Below are positions 12,601 through 26,705 of a stretch of 64,000 bases of DNA, piece after piece (within the stretch, counting starts at the first letter, position 1; the number at the start of each line of letters is the position of its first letter). A program made the translations under genes and the position numbers. The stretch comes from Batkoa obscura (lineage: Eukaryota), in the NCBI GenBank assembly GCA_030770535.1, contig JASVEC010000026.1:372001-436000 (forward strand), given 5' to 3'. A model generated the notes under the pieces. The model did not search any database. It saw nothing but the letters and a program-made list of their open reading frames with translations, and was not told the DNA's origin.

Positions 12601-14188
12601 ATTTTTTGAATTTTTTTTAAATTTCTTTGTAAAGTGTTTATATCTATTTTAATGTTCTTATAAATTTTAATTAATTATTTGGCATTATGAGTCATTTGCT
12701 TTGCGTTGCTTATTCACAAAATAAACTGTGTTAATGGCCAACTATCACCTTATTTGAAATTTAACTTAAAACGTCCTTGTTTTTAGGTTGCATGCTCTAC
12801 TCTGCGCTAGCTTAAGTTTACCACAATCTTTGTCGAAATTTCTACTATTTCTACTTCTAGCTTCTTACCCAGTTACTAAATTATTTATACAGTAATTAAA
12901 TTCACAATAAATACAAGCTTTTATAAAAATTATATACTGTTTTTGTCCGAATTGTTTCTGTTTATATAATAATAGTAGTCAATGACATTTGCCATGCTAA
13001 TATTAGCAATACTATTAGTACAACTATTATTGTTGATTATTAAAGCTTTTAAATTTTTTAGTAGTTATAATTCACATATTGAAACAATGGTATCAGTTAT
13101 TTATATAAATTCATTAATGGAATAAACCTTAATAAAAAGATTGTAAATTTAATATATTTGATTGCTTTACTTATAGAAAGCTAGTTGAAAAAAAAATTAA
13201 ATATCGTACATTGACTATCTATTAATTACACATATATTCTAATGATTAATAAAATTAAGCTTTTATTGATTTCTTATTATAATCAAGTTCAGCCTTATAC
13301 TTAAAATGTTATAGAATTAACTTTTGTTATTATAAAATTTAAATATTAAGGTAACACAACACTTTTGACTCACATCTCATTTTTTTATTTTTTTATTTTA
13401 TAAATTTACTATTTTATAATATATAGAAAATACCAATATATAAGAATATTTTTCATTTATTGCTTTTTTTTGCTATTTTTTTAAAATTAGAAATTAAAAA
13501 TTATATAAATGATGTAACTGTAAGTTTAAATATGTGCTAGTAAAATGATAAATTTTATAACCAGTTATTTATTTTATCATATCAATTTAAGAACTATTGC
13601 TTTGATTTTTATTTTAAAATAAATATTTAACTAACATACTAGCTAATTGATTTTTAAGTAGAAAAAAATAGTAGAAAAAAAACAATTAAAGACGGTTAAT
13701 AAAAGGTTTTTAAATATATATAAAATAGATCTTGTTATTTTTGCATGCTTTATTATCATTGGTGTTCTGCTTCTCTGGCGTTGTATTTACATTAGCTGTG
13801 ACTTTATACAACTGTAATTTATACTCATTCTACTGCTATTTAACTAACCACTTTGATTATTAAAACTAGATTCAACATAACTAGTTATTTTCATGTTTTT
13901 GTATTGTTATACTTTATTATTTATCAAATAAATATTTTTTATTATAACTTGTTATCAATATAAGCACTTAAATTATATATTTCTATTTATTCTTTATAAT
14001 CTAGTTTATAATATCATAAAATATCATCATAATTTTATAATGTTATTATTATACATCACATAGCATTTGGTATTTTTAAGGGTTTTGATAAAACCCCCTT
14101 TAAAGTAGAAGCTGGGTAAAATTATTCAGCCAAAAATTCAGCAAAATGACTTTTTTTTCTATTTATTAAAATCAATTAAAATACCAAA

Positions 14189-16727
14189 ATGGAATCCCAT
14201 GAATCCATGTATGAAGTTGGGAAGAAGTTATATTCAAGTGAGAGGTTTAAAGATGCGAGCACAATTGTAAGTTCAATTTATAAACTCATGGAAAATAGAG
14301 TTTAAAGCTATTAAAGTTTGATTTAGCCATAGGATTAGTAAAAGACGACTTAAAGTTTAAAAGTAGATTGTATGTGCTACTTGGAGAATGTTACTCTCGA
14401 TTACAAGATCATAAAAAAGCAATAGTAAGTTTGGATAGTTTTATACTAGTTTTATAGAATGACTTATTGCTTTTGTAGTGGGCTTTTACACAAGCTAGCA
14501 TCGAGTTTAAAAAATATACTAAATTTGTATATAATAAATATACAAATAAAATCAAAGAATCAGACAGAGAGAATTTAAAGACAAGAAAATATTTTATTAG
14601 AGCTAAAATAGCATTATCCGAATTCATTGACAACCAAACTATTAGTGCTACAGAAACGGTAAGTATTGTTCTGGCGTCAATTTTTATTTTGAAAAATCAT
14701 AATAGTAGATTAATAACTTTTTCAGTTAAAATCAATAGCTGTAAATTATTTAGATGAAGACACATTATATAGTTTATTTGAGGTATATACTACTGGTGAT
14801 AAAAAGTATGAAGATACCTAGTATTTTGTATTAATTTTTTAAATTGTATTTTTAGTATCGCTGAAAGTTTAGCTTTAAAAATTATTGAGTAAAGATTATA
14901 ATAACTTGTTTTTTTGTTTTAAATACTCATTCTCTATAATTTAATTAGAAAATCACCAGAATGTTTATCCGTAATTGATTGGATAGCGGAAAACAACAAC
15001 TCATTAGGAAGAAATGTATTAAGTTTAACTAATGTTGAATGGATTCAAGAGTATATTAAATTTAAGTTTAATATTAATGAAAAAAAGGAAAAGGAGAGTA
15101 AGTAATTAAACTGGTTTATGTTTGTATTATTTATTTACGTATTTCTTTAATAAAAATTAGAACCCCTAATTTGGTTAAAAAAGAAATTCAACAATCACCC
15201 GTTATTTGCTGAAGAAGAAGCTATAATATACTATAAAAATGGTGAGCTCTATAAAGCTATTGATACATTTAAAAATGTAAGTATTTATCTGTTATTTTTT
15301 ATTTATTTGTTAATATTGAAATTAGGTTAAAATTGAGTTTTTAAGAAACAGTAACAACATGATTAAAATATTTAATATCTGTGCCAAATTTATGTGGCAG
15401 GCGGAATTAAAAAGGTAAATTTTTTATTTTATGTTATTGCCATATTTTATCTTTTAGGTGGGCAGATTCTTGTTTTAGTGAATATGATAGATCAGTTATA
15501 TCTTTAGTAGCAACTTCTAAAATGATGGAAATTGAGTGTGACTTTGTTTCGGCGTTAGCCGCAATTGAAAAGGTATTTATTTAATATAAATTTTACTTAG
15601 TATAAATAATACTTTAGGCATGTGAAATGGAGCCTAATAATGTGGATTTGTCAATTTCAAAAGGTAAAAAATTATGTTGGAATTTTTAAAAAAACACTAA
15701 ATAACAATGATAGCTCAAATATTATTTAAACTTAAAAAATATAGTTCTGCCTATCAGAACTATTTACTAGCTTATGAAAAACAAAAAAGTTTTCTGGTGT
15801 TTGAAGGTATTTGTTTATCAGTTTCATTTAATTATGACATTTTAATTGACTTTATAGGTTTGATGACGTGTTCAATAAAACTTAATAACAGCATAGCTAA
15901 AATTTATGCTGATGAAGCTTTTGAAGAATTAGGTAAAAATTCCAAAATGATTTCTTTGATAGGAATTGCTACTTTAACTGAGGCTATTAAAGCCAAAAGA
16001 AGTCATCAGGTAGATTTAATTTATACCTTTAAAATAGTCATGAGTAATTAAATGATAGTATAGGAAAGTATTAGATTCTTTGAAGAAGCTATTAAACTAG
16101 ATCCAAAGGACTCCTATCCGATAATATGGAAAGCTTATAGCCTAAAGTCACGTTCAGCATTACATAAAGCTAAAGAAACGTAAGTTTTATAAAAATAGTT
16201 TTTGATTTATATTAATTGTTGTTTAGATTAAAAACTTACGAAAAGGAGCATATATGCCCAATTGTGTTAGCAGAGCTTGGGTTTTTGGAATGTGAACTTG
16301 GGGACTTTGGAACTGCTAGCGCTTATTTTAAAAGAGCGGAGTTGTAAGTAGAAATGATTCAATCATAGTTGACAAAATTTTAATCTAATTTAATAGTGCT
16401 AGACCAAACTTTCCATTAGCTATAAAAGGCAAAGGGTATTGTGAATTTTTGATAGAATATTATAAAAGAGTAAGCTATGAAAAAGAGATTGTAAAAGATC
16501 ATAATGTAAGTGAATTTGAGTACAATTTTATTGAAGAGAATGAAGAAGAGTTACCACTCAATCCTTTTAAACGTAAAAAAACATTAAATTCTTTTGGGGT
16601 CCAATTCAAGCACCATCAAAAGAGTGTTATTATTGATGAAAAATTTAAAAAAAGTAATCCTCCGCCTAATTTTAACCTTGAAGATTATTCTCCCTATTTA
16701 ATTAAGCTAACTAATGATGAACTCTAA
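14189..16727 (+). CDS. TPR-repeat protein, anaphase-promoting complex subunit 7-like, multi-exon
   Basis: Exons give repeated TPR-like helices (LYVLLGECYSRLQDHKKAI; ACEMEPNNVD; FEGLMTCSIKLN; FFEEAIKLDPKD; LAELGFLECELGDFGTASAYFKRA). The order of the C-terminal repeats resembles APC7 as recalled. Confidence 0.65.
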
Positions 16728-16954
16728 GTTAAATAAATGTATTGACCTTGTTATTAATTTTTATATGTATATACAACTTATCAATCTAAAGTTTACTATT
16801 TGTTTTAGTAAATCAATGATATGTGAATAAATTAAAAGAAGTTAAAATCATTTATTAACTTTTTCCAACGTGATTTTAATTTGATTTTGTAAATACTACA
16901 AAGATTAGGACTAGAAAAAAATAAGCTACATGTATAAGCGAATACATATTTAAA

Positions 16955-18610
16955 TTATAAAATCTATATAAAATCAAAATTTCGGTTTTTATTCTTTATA
17001 ATGAACCCAAATCGGCATTGGAATATTTTCAATCTCATTGCAAAGAACGGTGTTTAGATGATACGTATTGTGATCATTAGTTGTAATAAATAATAAGAGA
17101 GTGACGGGTTTATAATCGATTTTTGTAAATGAGTATGTTTTTTTTGGTTTCATTACTTTTTCCATTTTTTAAGCGTTATTTGAGAGGAAAACGTGTTAGT
17201 AAATTTCTCAAACAAAAAAATATATCCCCAAATGAATCTCTTGATTTAAAACTCATAATCCTTAACATTCCAAGATTTGGGAAAAAGGATAAAAAACAAA
17301 ATAATTTTTCAAGGGTCTCTAGAGCATGTCAATTCTAACTTTCTTTGTAAATTTACATTTAATTGAATTACATCTCTCATTATTTGAATTGTTATCACAT
17401 AAATTACCATCATTAAACATTTCTTCGATATTATCTCTTAAACTAGTAGTATCAATATTTTGAGTATTTGGTAATAAATAAATTGAGTTTGACAATTCTT
17501 TCGAGAATTCAAATATATTAATTTCTTTCAATGCCGCTAATTTCAAAAAATTGTAGTCAATCAGGCATTTTGGGTTTAAATAGCCTAAGTCAATAAGATT
17601 ACTATATTTAATTAGTTCTATATTTTGACGTTGTTTTTATCAATATTAAGATACCAACCATCAACATCTTTTAATTTTATACTCTTAAATTTCCTTAAAT
17701 CGCCAAAATACTTAATATTAAACTCAGTACCAAACAATACTTCAACTTTGAATTTTAAATTGGATACAAAATTTATATTAGAGTTGACTCTAGTAAAATA
17801 ATTGATGAATCCGTTATTAACTTCAACATTTTCAAATTATCAAACTTTGTTTTAACGATGTCTAAGTCATTGAGATGTAGGTTATAGTTGAAATGTACTT
17901 TGAGTGACTTTGACTTATTTAGATTCAAATATTTAACAATCGTATCTAAATTTGTATAAGCTAAATAAATTTCATCATCAATTAATTCAAATACTTTAAT
18001 CTGACTTAAATAGTTTTTGAATAATTCCAATGAGCTCTTGTAACCAACAGAATTTATCTACAATTTTAGTTTAGGCAACTCGATATTCATTTCAATTTCC
18101 TTGGATTTCTAGTTATTATTACTAATACCGCTATTGTTGCTAATACCATCAGTATTATAACCATCATTATTGTAATCATCACAATAACTACAATAATCAT
18201 TTTCATTATCACCGTTATTATTAATATTATAGAAATCATCATGGTTGCCAACGAAACCACTATTAAAAGTATCCTTAAAATTATCACGATCCTCGTAATC
18301 TTCGATTGAAAAATTATAATATATAGATTCTACATTTGGACAATGATTTAAATGTTTAATAATATCATCGTACAAAAATAAGTGTTTTATCAATGGTCCA
18401 TTTTCTTCGATAAATCGATTTTGGTATTTATAATATATTGGATATTCTCCACAGTCATAATAAACCGAGTAAGTCAAGTTGTATTTGATAGCTCTACTTG
18501 CATTTTAAAATATGTACTTGCTTAAGAAATGTAGCTCAAATAGCTCATTTGGATCTAAAAATTTAGATCTCATTTAATATGATATCTGGTAATAAGTCGA
18601 ATTTTGATAT
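16955..18610 (-). pseudogene. F-box-like/LRR-like family pseudogene (copy B), interrupted by a MITE
   Basis: Starts KFDLLPDIILNEI/KFLDPNELFELHFLSKYIF*NASRAIKYNLTYSVY. Has an Asn/Asp-rich insert, stops and frameshifts, and a MITE at 17131-17229. Confidence 0.75.
17131..17229. mobile_element. ~98-bp MITE copy 1
   Basis: Matches the family consensus; ends ATCCCC; flanked by AAAT on both sides. Confidence 0.9.
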
Positions 18611-19145
18611 TTCAGGATAAAATGAAAAAGAATAAATTTTAGTTTTATATTTTTATTCATGACTTAAATCAACTTTTTAGTTCTTTTGGGTAATTTCTTT
18701 CAACTATGAATTAAAAGACTAGGAGCTAAAATATGAATCTTACTATAATGGTCAACATTTATAAATTGATATCGACAAGCAACTGTAAATTTCTATTCAA
18801 CGTAGTTTGAAACTTCTCATTTCGCAAAGAAGTCCAATAAAGGAATGATACCTGTGACTAATTTGAAGTTCAAGTAGTAAATATTATGTAAATCGATTTG
18901 TGCAATAGAGAAAAAAGTGATTATCAAAGCTATTGGTGTCAGGTGATAGCCGATTTGTAAAGTTGAGTTTAAATTCCGTCAATTGGGTTATTAAGAGGGT
19001 TAATTTAAAATTCAAGATGATGGAGAGTCAGAAGAAAAACTATGGATTGAAGCTATAAAGCAGTGAACAGCATTTTAATTTCAGCACTTTTTTTATTCAA
19101 AAAAAGCCTTAAGACAACACTTGAAAGGTATAAAAACCAAATTTA

Positions 19146-20885
19146 TTAATTGATCTTCAATAGATGGAATAGGTGGTAATAAATATTGTTATTTAGGAAC
19201 TTTACTCTTGAAAAGGCAGAACAGGAGTTAATTGATCATTTGGTGTAATCTATCACTTTGAACAAAATGGACTTGTAATTCAAACTAGAATAGCCGTAAT
19301 TGCCAAAGATAAACACTATGTGTTCACTTACGATATTAAGATCCAAACTAGGGTTAAGATATTGCCTCAGTTGGATTACATAGCTTAGATATATTTTACA
19401 TTCCAATAAGGTTTGTATAATAAAATTACTGTCTTTTGAAAAGCTGGACATGTAGTTTTCCGGGTTTAATGAGTTATAAAAAAATAAATCGAGTATGAAA
19501 TAGTTACAATAATGATAAAAAAACAGAATTCAAAGTTGTATCTGATCAATATTTCGTACAAAATCATTGATTGTTTTTGTATCATAATCTTTATCATTTA
19601 GTTCCAACAATTAGGCTTTTAATAATAGTAAAATAAAGTAATACTTCTTTTTGATAGATGCATTTCTAGCTAATAATTCCACTCGAGCTGAGTCATCTTT
19701 TATTTATAGTTGTATTTGATATAATTTTCTTTTAATTGCTTAACTGAGTAGATAATCCAGCTCAATTCATTGTAATAAGATATGGCGATTATCGAGTATA
19801 TATAATACATGCTGTTTTTAATGTATTTATCGTTGACACCACCTCCAGTTGCTAAAACTCTCAAAACCTTGTTAAATTGCTTATCCAATTCCTTACAGAT
19901 GTAAGGTAATGGAAATCTATTTTTATAAAACAAAGCCATCATAGGTCGAAATAACATTAATGAACAACATAAGATCATCCTTTTCATCTTATCTATTGTG
20001 TTTAATCTGAAACAATCTAGATGAAGTCCAAGTGCATAACTTGATTTAACACAATAGTCTAAATATTACTCTACTTTGGACCAAATCCAATTAACGTTCA
20101 TACTACTTTGGAACAGTACAGATAGCATTTGGGCCATTGCTAAACTTGGTAGCAATTTGTAAAAATGATTTGATTTCTTACATAATATAACCTGTATGGT
20201 ATCAATCAAATAGCTGACTAGTTCACTTTTGTTCATTATGCCAAGTCCACTTAATAAGATAGACAGCTTTAAATAATAATCTACATGTTTAAAGTTGGAT
20301 TTTTTCTTTAAAAATAGTGGGAATATAGTATTATAATATTCAAAATTGGTATTATACGCCTGATCTAATACTCCATTGATCTCTTCCTTTATAAACTGAG
20401 TACTCATCTGTCCATATAGCATCAAATTCTCATGTTGAATTATAGGTATATGGTAGTAATAAGACCAATAGTTGAATGATATTTTTATGTCAAATCGATA
20501 AACAAGTTAAACTGAGAATTTTTGAATTGAAATGAGGGATATTGAACAGTAGTCAATAAGTACTTAAACGTGAATTTTTGTGAAAAAGAATTACAAGGAT
20601 GCTGGTATATACTACTATCATCATTCTCCATTTTTATATATCCAAACACTATCTTTGGCTGTGCTTGTAGCTTAAATACTATTATTTGATCTCCCCCCTT
20701 TAGCTCTGGCTTTATAAGCGATCTAATAATACACACGCTCCTCTCTATTGGTATTGATATACCTCTGGCATTTTGGTAACTTATTGTCACATTTTTGTGA
20801 TCTTTAGCGCATTGCTTACATCGATAGGTAATGGGAGACATATCATAAGCGATTATTTTTAATCATTATTATATTGGATTTTATA
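19146..20885 (-). pseudogene. Zn(II)2Cys6 transcription factor pseudogene, paralog of 29413-31248
   Basis: Fragments YRCKQCAKDHK, IKEEINGVLDQAYN, KELDKQFNK and LNPSLDLNI align colinearly with the intact 611-aa TF. Frameshift inside the zinc cluster and several stops. Confidence 0.9.
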
Positions 20886-21072
20886 GCTCATAGTCTAAGT
20901 TCTTGAACTATTATTGAAATGGTTTTATTTCAAAAAATAAAAAATGAGAAAAATAAAAGGCAATTTAAAAATTTTAAACTATAAACTTCTAAATATTCTT
21001 TAAAATTAAGTTTTAGCAATTCCGATTATTCTTATGTCAAATTTGTTTTTTTGTAATTTTACAGACATATAT

Positions 21073-21170
21073 GGGGATGCATTTTTTGTTTAAGAATTTT
21101 ACTAACAATCTTTCCTCTCAAATAGCGCTTAAAAGATGGAAAAAGTGATGAAACTAAAAAAAACATCCCC
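21073..21170. mobile_element. ~98-bp MITE copy 2 (opposite orientation)
   Basis: GGGGATG...CATCCCC termini; ATAT target-site duplication. Confidence 0.92.
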
Positions 21171-21852
21171 ATATAAATCTTCTTTATTTGCTGTTTCAAC
21201 CTGAAAACTTTATATACAGAAATAAATCAATAAATCGAGTTTATTTTCTTTTATTTGATTTATTTATTGAAACTGTGTTTTATTTTTATAAACTACAATT
21301 CCATTCCTTTCATTTCTATACTTGACTATTACATTCTTTTGACTACTATTTATTTCAAATAAGTATTATAATGGAAGAAGATTTATATTACAAATTGTGG
21401 TTAAAGGTGGGACAAGGTCCTGAAAATAAATGCTCAAAAAAAGAAGCTAATCCAAATTTAAGCAAATTCTGCTCATTGACTGTAGTTTTGTGCCGAACCC
21501 ATTTTTCAATCAAATATGCTCTAGATATTATAAAAAACAAAAAAAAGCATTGAAAGACAAAAAAGAGGTCTAAGAATTAGCCGCAACTAATCCTGCTAAC
21601 ATTGAAGGTAGTGATTTACCATCAGCGACGGATGAATTAATTCAAATACATAGTAAGCTTGAAACTGATGAACTATCTCTCAAGTGTTTTTTTTAGTGAA
21701 AATTGTCATGCTTTTGTCATCTAAATTTCTTATTTTTATTTATTTTTATTTTTTATAAATTACTTAAACTTAATTGGAAGTCTAAAAAATTAAATTCCTA
21801 TTTTTCTCGTTTTCTTTGAATTCCATTTCAAATCCTACTCATCACACAAAAA

Positions 21853-22279
21853 ATGTTAATCCACAATAAATTATATTTTGCTTTCTATTTACTACTCAAC
21901 AACTATTTTTTGTTCGTAAACACTCAACCCACGACTACAAGGTAATCACCTTAATAAGACCAAGCCCTACTAATACTAAAATTTCATATCCAGCTTACAT
22001 CCACGCTGTTCTTGGCCCAAAGCATCAGGCGATTGTCGAGGATATTTTATGCGATATTATTATGATTTAGAAGAAAAGATATGTAAAAAATATGTTTATG
22101 GTGGCTGTGGAGTAAAAGTGCCTTTTAAAAGTTTGGAACAGTGCAATAAAATTTGTATTGATAAAGACTTATCGATTGTTGGGGAACTTCCCGTAGAATT
22201 GGAGCTTAGCAAGAAGAAGTTTATTTTTAAACAGCCTTTTGCGCTAAGAGAGAGGAACAGGTTATATGAGCAATACTAA
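21853..22279 (+). CDS. Secreted Kunitz/BPTI-type serine protease inhibitor 1 (2 exons, intron 21942-21993)
   Basis: Signal-like exon 1 is spliced to CSWPKASGDCRGYFMRYYYDLEEKICKKYVYGGCGVKVPFKSLEQCNKIC. Six-Cys Kunitz spacing, YGGC motif, P1 = Arg. Confidence 0.88.
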
Positions 22280-22635
22280 TAGTGATCAATTAAGAAGGAG
22301 AAGGGAAGTTATATTGATAATGAGATGAAAGTCGATTAAGCAGTTCAATGTTGATTATTATTTGATATAATAAATTAATACAATGGTTTTATTTTTAAAC
22401 ATTAAGTTCGAAATATCTCCAATACTTGATTGTTTAAAGTTATTATAAAGCAGTCTATTAATTTGAATAACTAATAACTAATAATTTAATATATTGATGA
22501 TTTTTTATAATAAGCCAAAAATAGTAAGAGCAATTAATAAATTTGTAGATTAAAATTTAGAGCACAATTAATATTCAATAAATTTAAACTTTTCTATATA
22601 AAACTATCTAGATAATTAATTTATTTAACTAAAAA

Positions 22636-23006
22636 ATGAATTTACTCCAGTCTATCATCTTACTAATAACCCTAGTCTGTCTCCTCCCAGCATCCGTCTT
22701 GACTACTATCAATGAACAGTAATTCATACCATACTATTCATACTAATAAAAACAAGAACTAATAAAATCCATAGGTTACCTACCGAATGTAATTTAGAAA
22801 AAAATTCAGGAAAATGTAAAGCAATTCATCACAAATATTACTATGATAAAACAACAAAAAAATGTAAATCGTTCATATGGGGTGGTTGTGAAGGGCAGGT
22901 TCCGTTTGATAACTTTGAAAATTGTAAACAAACTTGTATGGATAAGATAAAAAGCAAAAGGAATTTAAGTTCAGTGGTATCTAAGATTGTGGGTTATTTA
23001 CAATAA
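22636..23006 (+). CDS. Secreted Kunitz/BPTI-type serine protease inhibitor 2 (2 exons, intron 22719-22774); absent from the ORF track
   Basis: Signal peptide MNLLQSIILLITLVCLLPASVLT is spliced to CNLEKNSGKCKAIHHKYYYDKTTKKCKSFIWGGCEGQVPFDNFENCKQTC. P1 = Lys; same intron position and phase as inhibitor 1. Confidence 0.9.
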
Positions 23007-23578
23007 ATATCAAATTTTATTGATTATCTTTTTGCTATTAGGTAATATTGTAATGCAGTTATACCTTTTTATTGATCTTTGGTATTGTTATGTTAAAAGC
23101 TATAGAAAGTACTTGAATCTTAAATAAGATAAAACAATTTAACATTTGTTAGTATCACATTAAATATGAAATAATTAGACGTTTCATATAAATAGTTTCA
23201 ATTCATTAAACATTTTAATGACATTTTAAGTTTTTATAGTACTAACTTTAACGTTTTAGCGTTGTATAAAAAAACAAACACATATACATCCAATATAAAA
23301 AATCAATATTAATTTTTCTATCTTTTTCCTTCTTATTTCATCTATCATTAAATCAATATTTAAACTTTATACATGTAGTAATAAACTAATAGAAATAAAC
23401 AATCAATTTTTTTTTTCAATTTATGAATAGTTTATCTGATCTTAAAAAAAGATAGGCAGAACGAGTAAGAAGTAATAGAATAAAAATAGCCAATCAAAAA
23501 AAGATTAACGCCTTACCAAAAAGACCAAGATCAATTGGTGGGTTGATAGAAAAATTAGAGGTAGCAGTAATGTAGGTA

Positions 23579-24449
23579 CATTTGTCCTAGAAGTCGACCT
23601 ATTTACATTTCTCACTGTCCTTAAGAAAGTCAATGTGGTAGCGATGGGTCTCAATGGATCTTTTGAATAGAGAGTTACTGAATTCAGTAACATTAGGAAT
23701 AAGAACCATACCATTATCATTGTTAATAGATTTGTAGAATCTTAAATGAATAACCGAAATGGCTGTAGTAGAAACTAAAGCTTTGACAAATGAGGGAGCA
23801 TTATCAAAAAAGGGCTCGAGTTTAAAAAACCAGAAGATATTGACCTTACAAGGAGATGTGTTAAACTTACAAGAAAAATTTATAACATATTTTTGATAGG
23901 TATCCAAAATTCAGGATAGTCATCTCCAACTATTGAATCCGAATCAGTCTCACTGATAATAGAACCACTTTAAAAATTCCCTGCCTCACACCATTCAACT
24001 AAATTATAAGCATACCCAAGAGAACATCTAAAACCGATATTATGAAAATTATATTCCTTAGAATCATTATTATCATCATTATTAGTTATGATCTCAATTT
24101 TAATAGAATTATCTTCAAAAGATTGTCTATCTGTTATCAAAATAAAAAATTCAGAATACAAAATTCCTTTAAAAAAAGGTCTGTAATAATCTATTGATTT
24201 AACTATTAGATCCTCTTCCTTAAGATCTTCTTCAATATTAATACATTTTAAATAAAACTGGGTTTCAGGAGTGCCATTAACTAAACAATGAAATAAACTA
24301 AAACCCTCTTTATAAGGTTTATAAGTAAAATAACACAAACTTCTACCATACTTATTTATCAGCAATAAGCAGTCAAAACTTAAGTTTAAATTAGCACAAT
24401 TTTTTGAGTTGGTAATTTGTGCAAAGATAATCTTTAAAAAAACTGTCAA
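23579..24449 (-). pseudogene. Probable disrupted intronless gene of unknown function
   Basis: Consecutive protein-like ORF fragments on the same strand (23970-24449, 23599-23907) with no recognisable motif. Confidence 0.35.
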
Positions 24450-24509
24450 GATAATCTTAAATTTATTCCTTAACCCAATCCCTTATAAAAAAGCAGTATA
24501 TAAAAAAAA

Positions 24510-26366
24510 ATGGCAGAAACCATACTTAGTCAACCAGTCCCCTTATTTGATGATGGAAGTAGCGTTATTCAAAGAGAAATCGAGAAAGAAGAAGATCATT
24601 TGGAATCTATGGAAGTACATGAGTTATTCGATCTAGAGAATATCATCTTAATATTAAAGAAAAATTCATTTAAAAAAGTAAATTTCATTGCTTTGTTATT
24701 GTGAGGATTAATATCGATATCATTTTTTTTAGATTACTTTACAATTCCCGGATAATTTATTGAAATACTCAAATAAGATAGTGAATCACTTGAATACAAG
24801 CTATAATAGTGAATATTTTATTTTGGCAGATACATCGTACGGAAAGTAAGTTGATCTATTTCAATTATTATTTATTTATTAAATTTCACTTTTATAGCTG
24901 TTGCGTTGATAAAGTAGCCGCTTCTCATGTAGACAGTGACTGTTTAATTCATTTTGGCCACTCTTGTTTGTCAGGGTAAGGATGATAGAAATTAAACTTT
25001 GAGTTAAATTAATAATAGGTAGAGTTGAAGAGATCCCAGTGATTTATTCATTTGGCAAAAGCAAATTAAATGTAGAAAATTGTATTGAAAGTATCTATAA
25101 TTTAATCAATAATGAGTTGAGTGAAGTAAAGAAAATATTATTCATGGGTGATTTGTCTTTGTCATATTTAAATGGTGAGTCTTTGATTGATTTTTTATAA
25201 TTAAAAAGTAACAACTTTAAACAGAAGCAATAATTTCACAATTGAAACAAAAGGGAATTCAACAGAATATAATTGATGGAATAGCACCATTATCACAAAA
25301 TTTGACTGAAGAAAAAAATAATAGAAATGATTTAGAGCTAAGTCATAAAGACAAGAAATTATTGAGAATTTCTGGGCGTTATTATTCAACAGATAATATC
25401 AACTATGATCTATTAAATAACCAAAATAACGAAAGTACAGTTTTATTCTATATTGGTGAAGAAAGTATTGAATTAACTAATTTATTATTAAATGTTCAAA
25501 ACAAAATTAAAGTAGGTTTATTAAGTATTATTATTGATTGTATAATAATCGTCATAATTATTAGTTATACCGTTATGACCCAATAAAACAACAAAGCTTT
25601 TTAGATGGAGTAACAGTGAATCGACAATTAATGAGACGTTATGTACAAGTACAAAAAGCTAAAGATAGTACGACGTTTGGTATCTGTGTAGGAACATTAG
25701 GTATTGAGAATAGTATGGAAATGATAGAAAAAGTAGAAAGTTTAATAAAATCTAAAGGCGGCAAAAGTTATACCTTTGTAATGGGTAAACTCAATGTTGC
25801 AAAATTAGCAAACTTTATGGAAATTGATATTTTTGTTTTAATTGCTTGTCCAGAAAATTCTCTGATTGATTCAAAAGAATTTTTTAAGCCTATCATCACT
25901 CCATTTGAATTGGAACTTGCTCTAGATTCTAGATTAGAGTGGAATGGCACTTATTCTACAGAGTTTGAGGCTATTTTCAATAGTAAAGAGAAGGATGAGG
26001 AGACTAAAGAAGATGAAAATATTGAAGATGAAGATGAAGACAAACCTCATTTCTCTTTAATTACCGGTAAATTTGTAGCACCAAGAAGACATATCAATAT
26101 AGCGATGGATAATGAAACGAATAGTTCATCGTTAACGACAATTAACTCAGAAAGACAAATTTCTCAAATGATGGGTTCAACAGCAGGTAATATCTCAATT
26201 AGTTGTTTTAATAGTTTGTATATTAATTTCTAATATTTTAGGTGAATATTTAGCTAATCGTAGTTTCCGTGGGTTGGAAATGAATTTGGAAAATAATAAA
26301 GTGGAAAAAGCAACAGAAGGTAAAATGGGGATTGCTAAAGGATATTCAAATGAAAAAGAACTTTAG
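24510..26366 (+). CDS. DPH2: Diphthamide biosynthesis protein 2, multi-exon
   Basis: [97 protein letters not shown] and GIAKGY; stop TAG at 26364-26366. Confidence 0.93.
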
Positions 26367-26705
26367 ATTTTTGCTATTTATTTTGGATTTCATTACAATT
26401 ATGGATAATGATAATAAAATTTTAAAAATAGAAGTTTAAATATTTGAACAATTTTTAACAAATTCATTTGATTTTTTTATTTAAATAGTATTATAGTGTT
26501 AAATTAGTTTTATTTTAAATAGTATTTTGTGTTTTTTATTTTTTGTTCATACATAATTCATAAGAATTTTAACTATGAGTTTAATAGGCTAAAAAAATGA
26601 ATAAATACGAAACAAAACGAATAAAAATGGTCACTTTGACATGGTTAAAGTTAAATTAAATTATAGCAAAAAAAATAATCCGTTTTCATTTATTATTGAA
26701 TAATT

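Noticed and set aside
17129..17338. ORFs 17129-17338 and 54347-54568
   Set aside because: They are chance frames running through MITE sequence.
21371..21690. Short protein-like fragment MEEDLYYKLWLKVGQGPENKC
   Set aside because: Too short and disrupted to assign; may be a gene or TE relic.
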